NCBI GenBank assembly: GCA_011109175.1
Contig: RDEW01000061.1
Span: 124,001 to 188,000, forward strand
DNA: 64,000 nt
Reading direction: 5' to 3'
From: Dicyema japonicum
Lineage: Eukaryota > Animalia > Dicyemida
Part shown: positions 1-13,200 of the stretch, piece after piece
How the letters are laid out: each line of letters begins with the position of its first letter
How positions within the stretch are numbered: the first letter of the stretch is position 1
Translations under genes and position numbers: made by a program
Notes under the pieces: model-generated
The model's input: only the letters and a program-made list of their open reading frames with translations
Told to the model about the DNA's origin: nothing
Databases searched by the model: none

Positions 1-199
1 GTTTCATTTATAAAATCAACAAAATCTTCTCAGAGAATAAGACTGACTGATGAATACTTGTCATCTGATCCAGGTCGGAACTGCTAATACATTTCAGATA
101 TACGAAAACTTGTCATGAAAAAGAGGCACCCCAGGACAAAACAAAAAACTGAAACTGAAAACAAATCTATTCCTCACGATCCTCCAGCTTCTGAATACT

Positions 200-3100
200 C
201 ATAAAATGTGTTTATACAGATTTCTGTTACATCGAGTAAGGGAGCCATCAAAATTTCTAACGTGCTGTACTCGTTTGAATTGACGGAGTCTATCAGATTG
301 AGTCACAAAAACTCCGGGATCTTCCGTCTCGAATTCAGAAAAAAAGAGGACAAAAGGAACTTTTGTGAACACGTGAATGCTACTTCACCTTTTGGTCTTG
401 GAAACCATTGCTTCAGTGAAATCCAAGTGAGACCGTTCGAAATTGTGTTGAAAAACCTGCCCTTTTCGATTGATGATAACGACCTTTATGAACTTGTCAA
501 GTAATTTGCTTCCTTAGTACGAGCATATGCCGTTTCTACTCAGTCGGCACCTAAAATTCGTCGAAAATCGAACGATGTCCTACCCAATATAACAGAGAAG
601 GTATACACAGAAATATCGGAGATTATGTTACGACTATACTATCTGTGCTCGATTGTACATGTGGATTTAATGGAGATGGTGACCTTGGCTTTGAAGAAGC
701 AAGGTCACCCAAATGTTTGAAGCAAGGACTAAAAATAGTGCTAGTGAATGCCTGATCTCTAGGGAAACGGCATAATGAACTAGCACTACTTGCGAGGGGC
801 TCCAAGATCGACATCTGGGTGGTCAATGAGACTAAATTAAAGAAAGTGAATAGTAATATAATTGCTGGATACAATTCCGTTGACATTTTATTAAGGCTGG
901 AATGGGAACGCCTATTTTCTACCGGGACTGCCTCCGAATTCGTAATTCAAAAGTCGATTGTGATGTATTGTGTGAATTTGTAAGCATGGACGTTTGTTGC
1001 GACGGAGTATGGATTAGTGATGGAGGTCTGTACTCTAAGAATCTTGAAACTTGTTCTACATATATCTCTGAGTTCTACAACAAGAATCCCTATACTATCT
1101 TAATTGGCGATCTTAACTCGAAGATTACTAGTTATGGTTGTACCAAGAAAAATCAGGATGGACGACGTTTAGAATTATTGTCTGATTCATGTTGCTTTGT
1201 GATCCTTACATCGGATGACCCAAATCATTTTTCTTATCATGGTGAGGACAAACTCGGCGTATTCCTTATTTTGCCAGCTCTATGTGGGAAAGCCAAAACC
1301 TCCATGGGATATCAGGAGCGACCATATTCCAAAAAAATCGGTTATTAGTATGAGGCCTGATGTTATGGAAGATGTTTTCTTGAGGTTCAACATATTTTAT
1401 TTGATTCTATCCAATAATTTGTGTTTTTCATTTGATTCTATCCAACTATAGGGTCTTCAAATACAATAATTTGTGTGTTCTACCGAGAGAGTTTTCAACC
1501 ATATAAGATATCAATACTGCAAGTCGAGAAGTAGCGAATCTCATGCAGTCATATCTTAACCTATATGCTTGGAGGGTGTTTTTAAAAAATAATCATTATT
1601 TTGTTTCGCCAATTATTATGAGGCTTATTCGTAAGAGGAATCGCCTAAAGGCAAAGCTAAGGCGTTGTGTCGACAAAATAGGCGGTGAATTCATATCTGC
1701 CAGAATCAGGATGATGAAGGAGGCAATCAGAAGTATATGGAAGGAGGAAACTGACCGTAGATAGAAGGCTGAGGCTGCAAAAATTTATATGTAGAATCCC
1801 TTTTTTTGGAAATGCTATCAGAAGATAATGTGTCCGAAGTCGGGAGCAGAAAAAATTATATTGAATAAACCAGATGGGGAAGAATGCATGATGGAGGAAA
1901 CACCTTCGATATTCAAGGATCAGCACCAAAAAATTCAGATTGTGGATACGTGGAGTTTGATCCCTGATGACAAAAAGAAGGTGTCTGCCGATATATTTTA
2001 ACGCTCCGACGAGGAACTGCCTATTGCTGATAGCACTGTCAGCGTCTTACAAGTGATGACGGCTATCAGGGAATGCAAGGTCAATGCTCCAGGATATGAC
2101 CACATATCAATGAAACTTTTCAAAGAGGGTCCGGATATTTTGTTTGACTATCTGCGATGTCTTTATGATGGGTGTTTACGACTTGGCCACCTCCCGTTAA
2201 TATGGAAGAAAGCTGTTGTGAGGATGATTTCAAAACAAGGGAAGCCAAAGAGAGATCCGGCAAGCTACAGACCAATTAACTTAATATGTTCTTTCGCGAA
2301 AGTATTGAACGTATCATTTTCAAAAGGCTAAGCAGACATATAGAAGAGAATGACTTTCTGATTCCGGAGCAGTGGGGCTTTCGTCCCGGAAGAGGCTGTG
2401 CAGACTGTTTCTTTCTATTGAATTCTAAAATCATAAAAACAAAAGATTCTTAAGAAGCGAATAAACTTATTATTCTTGAAATCTCGAAAGCATTCGACAG
2501 TGTATGCCATGAATCGTTGTTAAAGCAGCTTGTATCGCATGTGCTCCAAGATGCCTATTTGTTTGGCTAAGAAATTATCTTCAGGAACATAATCTTTTGT
2601 AAAGGTGTGTGGAAATATATCTGATGCAATATCATTCAAGAGAGAAGTACCATAAGGTTCATTATTGAGCCCTATTTTGTTTAATATATTCATGGCGAGT
2701 TTTCCACGTCCGAGGAATATTAATACTAGTCTTCTTATTTATGCGGATGACGTAATCGTGGTGGACACATCTCTAAAATATTCTATATGTGAAGGAAAAT
2801 CTGGGACTATATGAACCAGATTGAGCAATGGTGCAACTTGAAAGGGTTAAAGCTCTCTGCTGAAAAATCATGCGCACTTCGAATAAGCAATGTAAAAAAG
2901 CACCTGAAACAAGAATACACACTGGGAGTAAACAGTGCACACAGCCTGTTTTACCTGGGGGTCAACTATGGACACGCAGGAGATTACATGGACGACATAA
3001 AGGGGAGAGAAAGAGAGCTTTTCAGTCCCTCCTATGTACACACAAGTTACACGTTAGCCGTAACACCTACCTGTTCATCTTCAAGGGAGTTATTCTCCCT

Positions 3101-3420
3101 AGCCTACTTTATGGGTGCGAGGTGTGGTTCTTCTCTCTGAAGAGGTAGAAGATCTTATCCTTCCTAGAGAAGACAAGGAGACTGTAATTAAGCTCTCCTT
3201 AAACAAGAAACTGAGAGATTGTCAGAGCGAAGACAAAGACAAGTGCTAGAACCGATTATCAGGATTTTGGAGAATCGGATCAATAGTTTCAGAAGTCAAA
3301 GATCAAGGACACATATATAGAACTGGGAGAACGGTCTGAAAAAAAATTAAAAAAGGATGAAGGGTTCAGATGTTGATTCCAAGCAGATGTAATGCCCTCC
3401 AGAAAACTCCTTAACTCTTG
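200..3420 (+). mobile_element. Degraded APE-type non-LTR retrotransposon (Jockey/I-group-like): ORF1 remnant, endonuclease, RT
   Basis: Broken ORFs with APE motifs (IGDLNSK, ORF 902-1348) and RT motifs (WKKAVVRMISK...SYRPINL in ORF 2053-2331; AFDSV; LSPILFNIF; YADD near 2740). Many stops and frameshifts; boundaries approximate. Confidence 0.8.
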
Positions 3421-3459
3421 TTAATAAATCGTTATTATTGTTATTCGAATTCATCTATC

Positions 3460-3677
3460 TTCGAATTTGATTTAAAGTAACCTTATATTTCGGTTTTTAT
3501 CCTTGTGGATTTACAATCTCTACTTTACTCCGGGATTTTACTTCTCTATTTTCCTTAGGGATTTAACTTTTCTATTTTGTTTCTCTTGAAACAAAACTTA
3601 TTGGTTGTTTTCAAGTGATAAATTTGTTTTATCATCCCGGACAGTATCAACGGCCCGGATTCTTATGACATACGACA
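3460..3677 (-). mobile_element. Solo terminal fragment of the TGT...ACA non-autonomous element family at 22370-23525
   Basis: Reverse-complement match to about 22370-22600, ending in ...CTTATGACATACGACA. Confidence 0.8.
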
Positions 3678-3679
3678 AT

Positions 3680-4620
3680 TATCAATACCACAGGATCACC
3701 TGGTTAATGGAAAGAAAGTTCTTAACAACTGAGTGATCCCAGACCGACAAGGGGGTCCTATCTGACGTGGACGAGAATCTTGGATGGCTCTCCAGAAAGG
3801 ACATAACGTTATCTCGTATCATGGGTGGTTTTTGAGGTATTTGGTGATGGTATAGTAGAGGGGATTGTTTAGTATAGTAACTGCCCTCAACAACTTCCGT
3901 TGTCAACCATCGAAACTGCTTCCAGATTCACGGATACAAAGTTTCGGCCAATTAATCTCTGGCAGCTACTGGATTGATGACAGTATCCATCGACCACTAT
4001 TCAATTGCGTAGGTCAAATAACGATTGTAACAAAATTGCCGATATACAGCGGAAAGAGGCCCAGCATTTTTTTGGGGAATTTTGAGATTATCTTCAAGAT
4101 CCCTAATGTTCGTAAATGCCCCAGTAGTCTAATTTTCAGCATGTTTTGTGAATGTAAACAATTGGTTAATCGTCATTCTCAGAATGGTTGGTGTGGTCGT
4201 AAAGGAATTTTTCATATCGTTACTCGTGGTCTTAGGAATTGAGTATTCCTTCAACCATTTGAGCAGCGACTTCATATTCCCTGTCCCTTCCAGCAATGAC
4301 AATGTCGTTACATACTAAGAAGACATCTTCTGTGGTTTGTGCCTTGTCTGTATATAGATTGAGTAATTTTTGAGAGAAAACGTATATTTGATTTTCACGT
4401 TGTTGCAGATTACGCCTTCTGCTTAGAAAAGTTTGAGACCCATCTTTTCTGGTTAGGATAGATATCCTTTTCAAATATCTTTTTCTTGAGACTAAATCAA
4501 ATGCTTTCGTAATGTAACGATAAGCAAGAACAGTTCTTAAATGTGGTTTTGCCCGTTGAGATGGAATCCGTTCCTTTGGCTCTCGGAATTCCACACCCTA
4601 TGTATTGTCCATAGACAACC
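3680..4620 (-). mobile_element. Degraded LINE 3' remnant (Ingi/I-like)
   Basis: KAFDLVSRK RT remnant (ORF 4232-4594). 3' end TTGTCGGTCTGGGATCACT...GTGATCCTG is shared with the inserts at 40728-40828 and ~47820. Confidence 0.6.
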
Positions 4621-5108
4621 TCTCCGGAGAATAAAATTCAGTATGTGGAGGTCTCTAGTTTAATTCTCTTAAAGTAAACACGGTGATTACTGGAGAAGTC
4701 TTTTGTGTAAAACCAAAAGTATATTATTTAATCAGTTTGTGATGAACGTGGATTTATTTGAGATGTGTACAGTGGGGTTTTGATGGATTTGATCATGTTA
4801 CATAATTTTCCAACAAATACTTATAATGAGATCTTAAGATAAAAATGACAGGTAGGGTTGGATTAAAAAAGGTTGAACTCTTTAGCAATCTTCGAGAACC
4901 AGTTAAATGGAAATTGGACGAGAAGGATCAGAAGGGTCACGATTAGGCTTTAAATTGGAATGATTGTGGATTTCTTCCAGAGTATGCTATTCAGGTGAAG
5001 TTAGTTTTATGATTCGTGATTAATTGATTGTTCGATTAAATTGGTTAAACCAAAAATTTTATTCGGTCCTAGATTTTTTTATTTGATATATGCCAAGACT
5101 TTCATGCT

Positions 5109-5441
5109 GGTTGGGCTTAGTGGTTAGGTGTCGGGCTTAAGTGCTTAGGCTACGGGTTCGAATCTCGCTGCTGTTCACCTGGTGGAAGGTTCCACGCATC
5201 TACGATGCAGAAATGGTTTGACGAGTGACGCCGTCATCAGTGAATACTCACTGGCGGGAACTGGATTTGTCTAGAAAGGACCACTCACACAAGAAAAAGA
5301 AAAAAAAAGAAGTGAAGATCATTCCTTGGTTTCTACGATTAGTTAAAATTAACTGTTCTTTACTAAATAAAGTGTGTGTCCTGCCTATGCGGAGCTATAA
5401 AATACTATGGCTTCTCGTGAAAAAGGCTTTATTATTATTAT
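5109..5441 (+). mobile_element. Full-length tRNA-derived SINE with (TTA)n tail and 20-bp TSD
   Basis: A-box GGGCTTAGTGG, B-box GGTTCGAATC, (TTA)n tail. Perfect TSD TATGCCAAGACTTTCATGCT at 5089-5108 and 5442-5461. Second copy at 30590-30863. Confidence 0.92.
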
Positions 5442-5769
5442 TATGCCAAGACTTTCATGCTTGCATTCGAGTTTCGAGAGTTTGCAAACAAGTTGAGTGA
5501 TTAGGGATTGTAAAATATTGAAAATGTCTATTGACTACAGAACTGCGGTCTCTTATAGCAAAGTACATTCAGGGCTTATCTTCGCTTAATGACATTAATA
5601 AGTTGGCCTGGTCACTGAAGATGTGTAGTTAGTTAGTTAGCTACTCAGGTGGAGGTTGAATGAATAATAAATAATTATGCTTTAATATAATTATTTATTT
5701 CATCAAAAGTAAATATTAATATATCAAACAATAATTATTATTTTTAATAAATTGTGTGTCAATTAATTA

Positions 5770-6135
5770 ATGGATAATCCTCCGCCTTATTCGCCTGAAC
5801 AAAAACATACAAGCGCTCCACATTCCCAGGGACCGACTGCTACCACTCAGTTTACAACCGATCCGAATGTGACTGATGTGCAACCTCAGATTACCACAAA
5901 TTCAAGTGTTCCTAATGAACATCCTCATCACGGAGTTGTTGCTGTCTCTCAAAATTATGGAACATGTGGGAATTGTAGAGTATTTAATAATGTAATAAAT
6001 TAGGTCGGCAGAATTGAAACTTCTTACACTTGTTGTGGGATATATTTAGGAATTATCTTTTTTCCTTTAGGACTCATTTGCTGTCTATTGATGACTGAAA
6101 AAAAGTGTTCTCACTGTGGAATGACTTATGGCTAA
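5770..6135 (+). CDS. BRI3: Brain protein I3 (BRI3)-family membrane protein; exons 5770-5979 and 6004-6135
   Basis: N-terminal PPPY. Removing a 24-nt GT-AG intron (5980-6003) gives CGNCRVGRIETSYTCCGIYLGIIFFPLGLICCLLMTEKKCSHCG, the BRI3 signature. Confidence 0.9.
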
Positions 6136-6229
6136 TTTAGTTACATTATTTTTATTAAACGTTTATTAACCTTATTAAAAAGAATCTTATTATTCATTGA
6201 TTTTTGAGTGAGTATCAATTTGAACCCGA

Positions 6230-6570
6230 CAAATATTGGCCGGCAGTATGTATAGAGGTCTAAACAAGGTCGTGGTCTAGATAATCTAGTGCTAAACGGG
6301 AAGTTACCGAATTAGGTCACATTCTTACTTATAGATCATAATGATAGATATATCATTCTTACGGATCTTCGCTACCATCAGTAAGCGAACAGGTCTATAA
6401 GTTTTTTTAATAGAAAATTCAAGCAAACTATAAAGACTATAACTAAAAGAACTGTACTCAGAACTGGTTCTATGCAGATACCACATACCTCATCTCAAAA
6501 AGCTAATTTTGTCAATCCTAAGGATATAAGATCAATCACGTGTATTTCTGACTTTTATGAACTTTTGATT
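6230..6570 (+). mobile_element. Degraded NeSL/R4-like RT fragments
   Basis: Remnants RSKQGRGL, WFYADTTYLISK and RSITCIS resemble the element at 44362-46520. Confidence 0.5.
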
Positions 6571-7653
6571 ATCAATTTAATGTTAAATAAATTTTCTTTT
6601 CTTTACTTCTTTCTTATCCTTTCAAATGAGTAATATATGCTAATTTATTCTTCCGTATTCTCAGTTATTTTTAAGTCTTTCCATATGAATTGGATTCTTC
6701 ACCAGTATCCATTCCTTTTTAAACAGATCCTGAAGTTTCATATACGAGTCTCTATCGGGATTATTTTTATAAAATTAGTCATTTAGCTCTGTATCACTTT
6801 TTAATTTGCTCTATAAGGTCGTTTTCTTAGCTACGAGTTCCTTATTCATTTCTGTATTTAGAGCAAGTTTTTGTCATCATTTCTGGTATTAAAGCAAGCT
6901 CCTCTTCTGTTTTTTCTAAATATGATGATATCTGAGTTTTCTTAGAGTGTAGTACAAGCCTTCACATCCATAATCGAGCGACGGGACAATGAGGCGCTAT
7001 AACATGCAACCATCCGGACAACTGTTCATCTCCACCTAAAAAGATCGTATCCTGGTTTACTACTGGCATAATATATAACTAGAAGGACGTTAAAAAATCA
7101 TTGGGACTTCTTTAAATATCTTCATTTTTATGTAGTCAATGTCATGAGCGTTATTGAGACATTTTTTTATTTTCAAGTAAATCTCCTGAATTCTGATCTC
7201 AGCGTTTGTGTGGGTACTGGGAATTGTTGTTCGGTCCATAGTGCACAATCATCTGTCATATCTGTGTGTTGTGTATCTACTCCTTGAGTTCGTCGTAGTT
7301 CCCCTTGGGTTGACTTCATGCCATCGAGTTTTTGAAGTACATCAGTTAGAATAACTCAATTGAAGGTATAAAGAACCCGCTGTTTTGCACTTGGACTTAT
7401 TAAATGAGCTCCAGGAAAATGTTTAATCGAACATATATAGAGGAAGCAATTGCATGGAACTCTTCGAATCTTGGAAGATATCAACGTCGACATTGGCAAA
7501 TCATTTCAGTGGTTATCACACGGGAACGATTTTCCAAGATCTGAATGATTGTTGTGTCTTATACAAGGCCGTAATTTATTATTCAACAATGCTAGAGAAA
7601 AACGCATCCATTGTAATTTTTCCAGGAAAATTTTTCATCATTTGGCAACAAGA

Positions 7654-7715
7654 TATAGTCTTATGTTAAACTTTAATTACCTGCTATAGTCTTATGTTAA
7701 ACTTTAATTACCTGC
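7654..7715. repeat. Perfect 31-bp tandem duplication
   Basis: TATAGTCTTATGTTAAACTTTAATTACCTGC x2. Confidence 0.9.
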
Positions 7716-8802
7716 AAAGACATAATGAGGTGGCTAAATGCACAAATCTGCACCTGTGTCGTCAAGAAGACTAAGAGACTTAAGATACACTCAATCCACT
7801 CTATTGTTGCGACGAGTCTGTAGATATTCGAATGGATACAACAGTAGCCACGTATACGAAGGTACAAAATAACAAACTGATATTTTTGTGCTTGACGGAG
7901 CAACAATATCACGACGATCGAAATAGGAATCACCTCCCAGCAAGCGTTAAAAACAAGTCGAAGTAGAAAAACTGCATAAATACGATATAATTGGCAACGA
8001 ATTGGCATTATTTTACAGTGTTAAAGTAAACATAGTACCAATAGTACTAACGTTGGGATGGGAATTTTAAGAAAGTTTTTTTAAACAACAAAAACACACT
8101 CAAAGTGAATAATACTCTATGGCGCATATATTCAGACTGTCGTGATCATCAGAAATCATTGAGAGTAATGTGAGTAGAACATAAATATGGGTTGGCTACA
8201 CCGTAATGTTTCTTGGAAACTGATATCTATATCGGATGATCGACTAAAAACGTGCTGTTCAAGGACGCTGTTTTGCTTAAATTCTGAATGATCAATTGAA
8301 GATAGATCACTCAACCCATGACATCCCAAACTATTTACTACAATATCTTTGAAAATGTGAGTGGGTCAGACTCAAAAGCGTGAACTCGCTATAGATCTTC
8401 TCCAATGTTACATCACCCACGTCTAGAGATAATGCGGATTCTCCTTTACAGGATGTCTCCATCTAGATGTCGACTCACTATCGCAATTTTGCCCGTTGTC
8501 GATTTTTTCTGTCATTTTCCGTTAACGTGTTCGAGTGGGCCATTTGACTTTTCTTGAGAGAAAATCTGTTTTTCATAACGGTACAGGTAGCTTATCATTA
8601 TGTTCCTTATCTCCATTCTACTCCGGCGGATTTCCCTCGTCATCAAGAGAAAGATTCAAAAATTCGGTCATCCTGTGCTGGTTCCAGTTAACTTCATATA
8701 AAAGGTGTATTCAAAATAAACACAAGCAAATATTAGTGAAGACCAAGTTAGGTTTTTCTGATATGGTTCCTCTAAAAAGCGTAGTTTAATTTTTGCGCTG
8801 AC

Positions 8803-9965
8803 GGTACTGATGCATTATAGTACCCCCTACGCAATTATAGCACCCCTAAGCATTTATTCTTATAAGTGCTGAAATTAATAATTTTTTAGCGCTAATAGGT
8901 TTTTTAAGTGCTAGAAACAACTTGCTCCACTTATCACTCTAAATCACGTGAGACTAGAGACAAACAAGGGCTATTTTGACATCGGTCTTCCCATTACAGA
9001 GGAAAAACGAAATTTTTAATTTTGTCTAAAAATGTGATTTGTGTTACAAGGGACAAAAATGAAATACCTAGAAATCCAGCGTGCTGTCAGATGTAAAGGA
9101 AATAATTGCAGCCACAGTTATAAATTGGTCAAACTACGTACACGGAAGGATATCTGATTTTTTAAACTCAAGAGATAAGATTGAGGACATGAAACAGCTG
9201 TAGAAATCGATGAAAGCCCAATGAAAGGGAGAAGGAAAAATCACCAGGGAAGGATGCTGATAGGTGATCTCATTAATAGCGACCCTGATGAAAACTTCGA
9301 AGAAATAACTTTGGAACTAGGATTGACGGCCCTTGGGTCTTCGGTATGACCCAACGTAAAAACAGAAGGACAAGACTCTTTTATTTATTAAATAGAAAGA
9401 GGGAAACTTTACTACTTATCTTAAAAGAAAACGTGGATAGTGAAACGGCTATTTATCGTGATCAATAAGCTGCTTAAGCTACTAAACAGGCATTTTATTT
9501 GTCATACGAATTTAAATATCACTGCCCATTTTCAATTTTCATGAAGATTTTGAGAAATAAGTTCCAACTGTTAATGTTTGTTGTTTTATGGTCAAAACTT
9601 ATTATTTTTATGGGGTATAATTGCTTAGGGTTTACTATAATTGTGTAAGGAAACTAAAAGCGCTTAGTGGGTACTATAATGCACCAGTACTACGTACAGA
9701 CCAATACCATACTTTTTTGTTTTTTACAACACCAATCACGTTTTGAGACAAAATTAAAAATTTCGTTTTTCTCCGTAAAGGAGGGGGGGGGACCGATGTC
9801 AAGGTCGCATTTTTCGTCCTTTGAGACTCCAGTCTCACGGTGATTTAGAGTGATAAGTTGAGCAAGTTGCTTCTAGCACTTAAACAAACCTATTAGCGCT
9901 AAAAAATTATTAATTTTAGCAAAATAAGACAAATTACTTAGTGGGTACTATAATGCACCAGTACT
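8803..9965 (+). mobile_element. Merlin (IS1016/IS1595-like) DNA transposon, defective
   Basis: Termini GGTACTGATGCATTATAGTACCC and GGGTACTATAATGCACCAGTACT. 8-bp TSD GCGCTGAC (8795-8802, 9966-9973). Internal remnants EIDES..KGRRKNHQGR, GPWVFGM, RKRETLL.ILKENV...IYRD of the DDE_Tnp_IS1595 family. Confidence 0.85.
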
Positions 9966-10281
9966 GCGCTGACAAGTAGTTTCTCAACATAAAAAGGATG
10001 TATGTGAGTCCAGCATCTCCAGACTTGTGAGTGTCGTTGTTTTGTTTTGAGAGTGTCACTTATTAAACCCTCTGTAAGGGGTATCCAAGTATTGATAATT
10101 TATGTTCTTGAGTTTCCATGGCCTTTGGAATAATCTCTGAACACGGAAAAGATCGAATTCCATTCAGGCTGCGGAAATCCAAAATTGGTGACTTCACATT
10201 TCGAACTGTTCAGAATTAGGCCAAGAGTCTCTAGTTGAAATATTAAATTTCACAGACAATCCAACACATTTTTTTTTGGTT

Positions 10282-13200
10282 GAGGTGGTGACGTCCCTCT
10301 ATAGCACATATGTCTAATACGTATTTGAATAATCCTTTCTGGTTTTCTACCCTTACCTTCAATGCCAGGGGCCTTAATGACTAGTCGTAGAGGCACCAAC
10401 TATGTCTGGACCTTGCAAAATATGGATGCTCTGTTTGCTGTCTCCAAGAGACGAAGCTCAGAAAAGGACTCGATGAAAACCTTGGAGACTACAGACTAAT
10501 CCTCCTTCCATCGTACTGTAAACACTATGGACAGGGTTTCGCTGTTCACAAGAATTTGCTCCCCAGATTACATCGATATTGGAAAATTGATGACAGGATA
10601 TGTGTTATTCAATTTTTTATTGGACCCAAAGGGAAGTGCAGGCAACTAATTTCCATTGTGAATTGTGTACGCCCCACATAGTGGCCGTGTTTCCAAAAAC
10701 CCAGAGGAATTGGACGTTTTCTACGAAGAACTTGTCGAGGTCGTATCTTCTCTGAAGTTTTCATCGTTCCTCTTTAATCGCTGGTGATTGGAATGCTAAA
10801 GCTGGGGTACATCAAGGACACGAACGTTTTATTGGACCACATGGAAGGGGGATCAGGAACTATTCTGGTACTGCTCTGGCATATTTCTGCGAATCCTTTG
10901 ATTTATTCCTGTGTAATACTCAATTCCAGAGGACGATCGAAAATTTGCGACCCATCATACTACTAAATTCATTACGCAAAGTCTTGGCAAACATTGTGCT
11001 TGAACGAATAAAAGGATCTGCTTACAAATACCTACCAGATAGTCAAAGTGGTTTTCGAGAAGGGAGATCCACAGCTGATGCGGTATGGAGTCACAGATGG
11101 AGGTGTGCAACATATCAAAGATACCGTAACGCCACCAATATTCTGGGAATTGACCTATCAAGAGCTTTTGATACGGTTAACAGAAACAAATTAATGGGGG
11201 GTACTGAGCGAATTTCTTGATGAGTCGAGTCTAAGGATGACCCGAATTCTACTTTCTAACACTGAGCTCCTTGTGAGAGTCGGAAAAACCTATTCAAGAA
11301 AATTTGAAACAAATACGGGCACTCCACAAAGAGACTCTCTTTCTCCTCTACTATTCACAATTTATTTGGAAGCCGCTATGAGGGAACTTAGACCGTCATA
11401 CCAAGGAAAGACGGAAAAAGTAATCTACGCGGACGATGTAGACCTAATTTCTGAAGACAAAGAGGTTCTGGAAAACCTATTAGAAAAAGCACCAGATGTA
11501 CTAGGGAAATGGTTTCTTACTGTGAACAGAGAGAAAACAGAACTCACAGAGATATAAAGGATGAGTAACGTCATAGAAGAAAAGTGGCGACAAGTAAAGG
11601 AAACTCGGTTCACTCTTGAAAGATAGCGAAGATATTTTACGTAGGAAACTCAAGCCAATGTTGCGTTATATAAACTGAAGAATTTATAGCTCAATCAAAA
11701 ATGCATCGACACGAAAATGAGAATCCTACTATACGACTCATTCATAAAACCCGTACTTTTATATAACGCTAAAACTTAGGCGACCTCATCAGCGGATATG
11801 GAAAATCTAGACTCGTTCCACAGAGGTCAGCTGAGAAAATAACAGGAATTACTTGGCCTACGAGAATATCGAGGAACGCTTTATATAAGAGATGCAGCAC
11901 TAGACCTATCAGCTTAGAAGTACTGGAATCCCGATGGAGGCTCTTCGGACACGTGCTGAGGATGGAATTAACATCCCCACCCGAACATATCTATGGAAAC
12001 ATACTATGTTAGTCAAGAAGGCCGCTATCGTGGAAGACCAAGAACAACACTGCCAATAGTCTTACAAAAAGACCTGGTCAAGATCAAAAAAAATCTAATA
12101 AATGCCGACGACCTGGACAGCATGAGAGCCTTGGCTATGAACAGGTGAGCATGGAAAAGGATGACATCTAACCTTGTTCTTTTGCTGCACATGCGGGGCT
12201 ATAATTAATATGGCTCTCGTGAAGTGCTTAAAAAAATAAAAAAATACTCAATTCCAACATTCCGCACGCCACAAGACAACGTGGATGGGCACTAGACTAT
12301 CGACCACCGGAAATCTGATAAGAATTTATAATCAGATCGATTATATTCTGTGTCGAGTAAAAGACAAATCTCTCTTACGGGACTCGAGATCTTATGGAGG
12401 ACTAACTGTTAACAGTGATCACAAAATTGTGTCAGCAAGATTCAGCTTAAGACTTGGTCCAACTGCGGAGGAGTTCCTCTACGGGATAACTAATAGAAGA
12501 TGCTTCTTCCAAACACATCGTGGTGGAGATTCCACGCGATCAAGAAGGTATATGACTGAACTCTTGGGCTCTTCACCAAAAGTACAAGCAGACTATAAAG
12601 AATGTGTATCGGATTCAATTAATAATACGGCATCGGATCTTTCACCAGGAAAGGCATGGCTCGAAACTATGAGAGGGATCATTTCCGCTGCTGACAAACA
12701 TTGGGGGAACTTAAACCCCATAGCAGTCAGCGTCACCCGGAAGTGTCAGCCCTATTGAATTTGCAGAAGAACTTAAGGCTTAGATCCGAAAATACTGTCG
12801 ATCCTCAGACTGTTTGCAAACTGAAACAAGAACGAAGGCAAATTGAGAGAAAAATCAAACTCCTAAACAGACTACATCACACTAGTCAGTTGGAAAGCAA
12901 GATCAGAGAGGTAGAAAACCTTAAAGACAATGCTGCGACATTCATGGCTATACGACTAATACGGAGGAAGAGCCAATCAGTGAAACTTATTTTGCATGAC
13001 AGAAATGGAAAAACAATAGGAAATGTTGCAGAACAGACAGAGTTCATAGCATCGCATATTGAACAACTGTTCTTTGTAAAAGGAGAAAAATCAGATTTCA
13101 CGCCTAAGAACACAACACTTGAACGGATCATTTCACCGGAGGAGGTTTGCATGGCGATAAGGAAACTTAAATCTGGGCGCTCTCCAGGACCAGATAATAT

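Noticed and set aside
5109-5175. Functional tRNA gene
   Set aside because: The acceptor stem does not pair, and it continues into a SINE body with tail and TSD.
10310-10395. Stop-codon reassignment suggested by two close in-frame TAGs in RTE-A
   Set aside because: Reconstructed host genes end in TAA, TAG and TGA and show no internal TAR codons in the traced exons; mutation in a dead copy is simpler.
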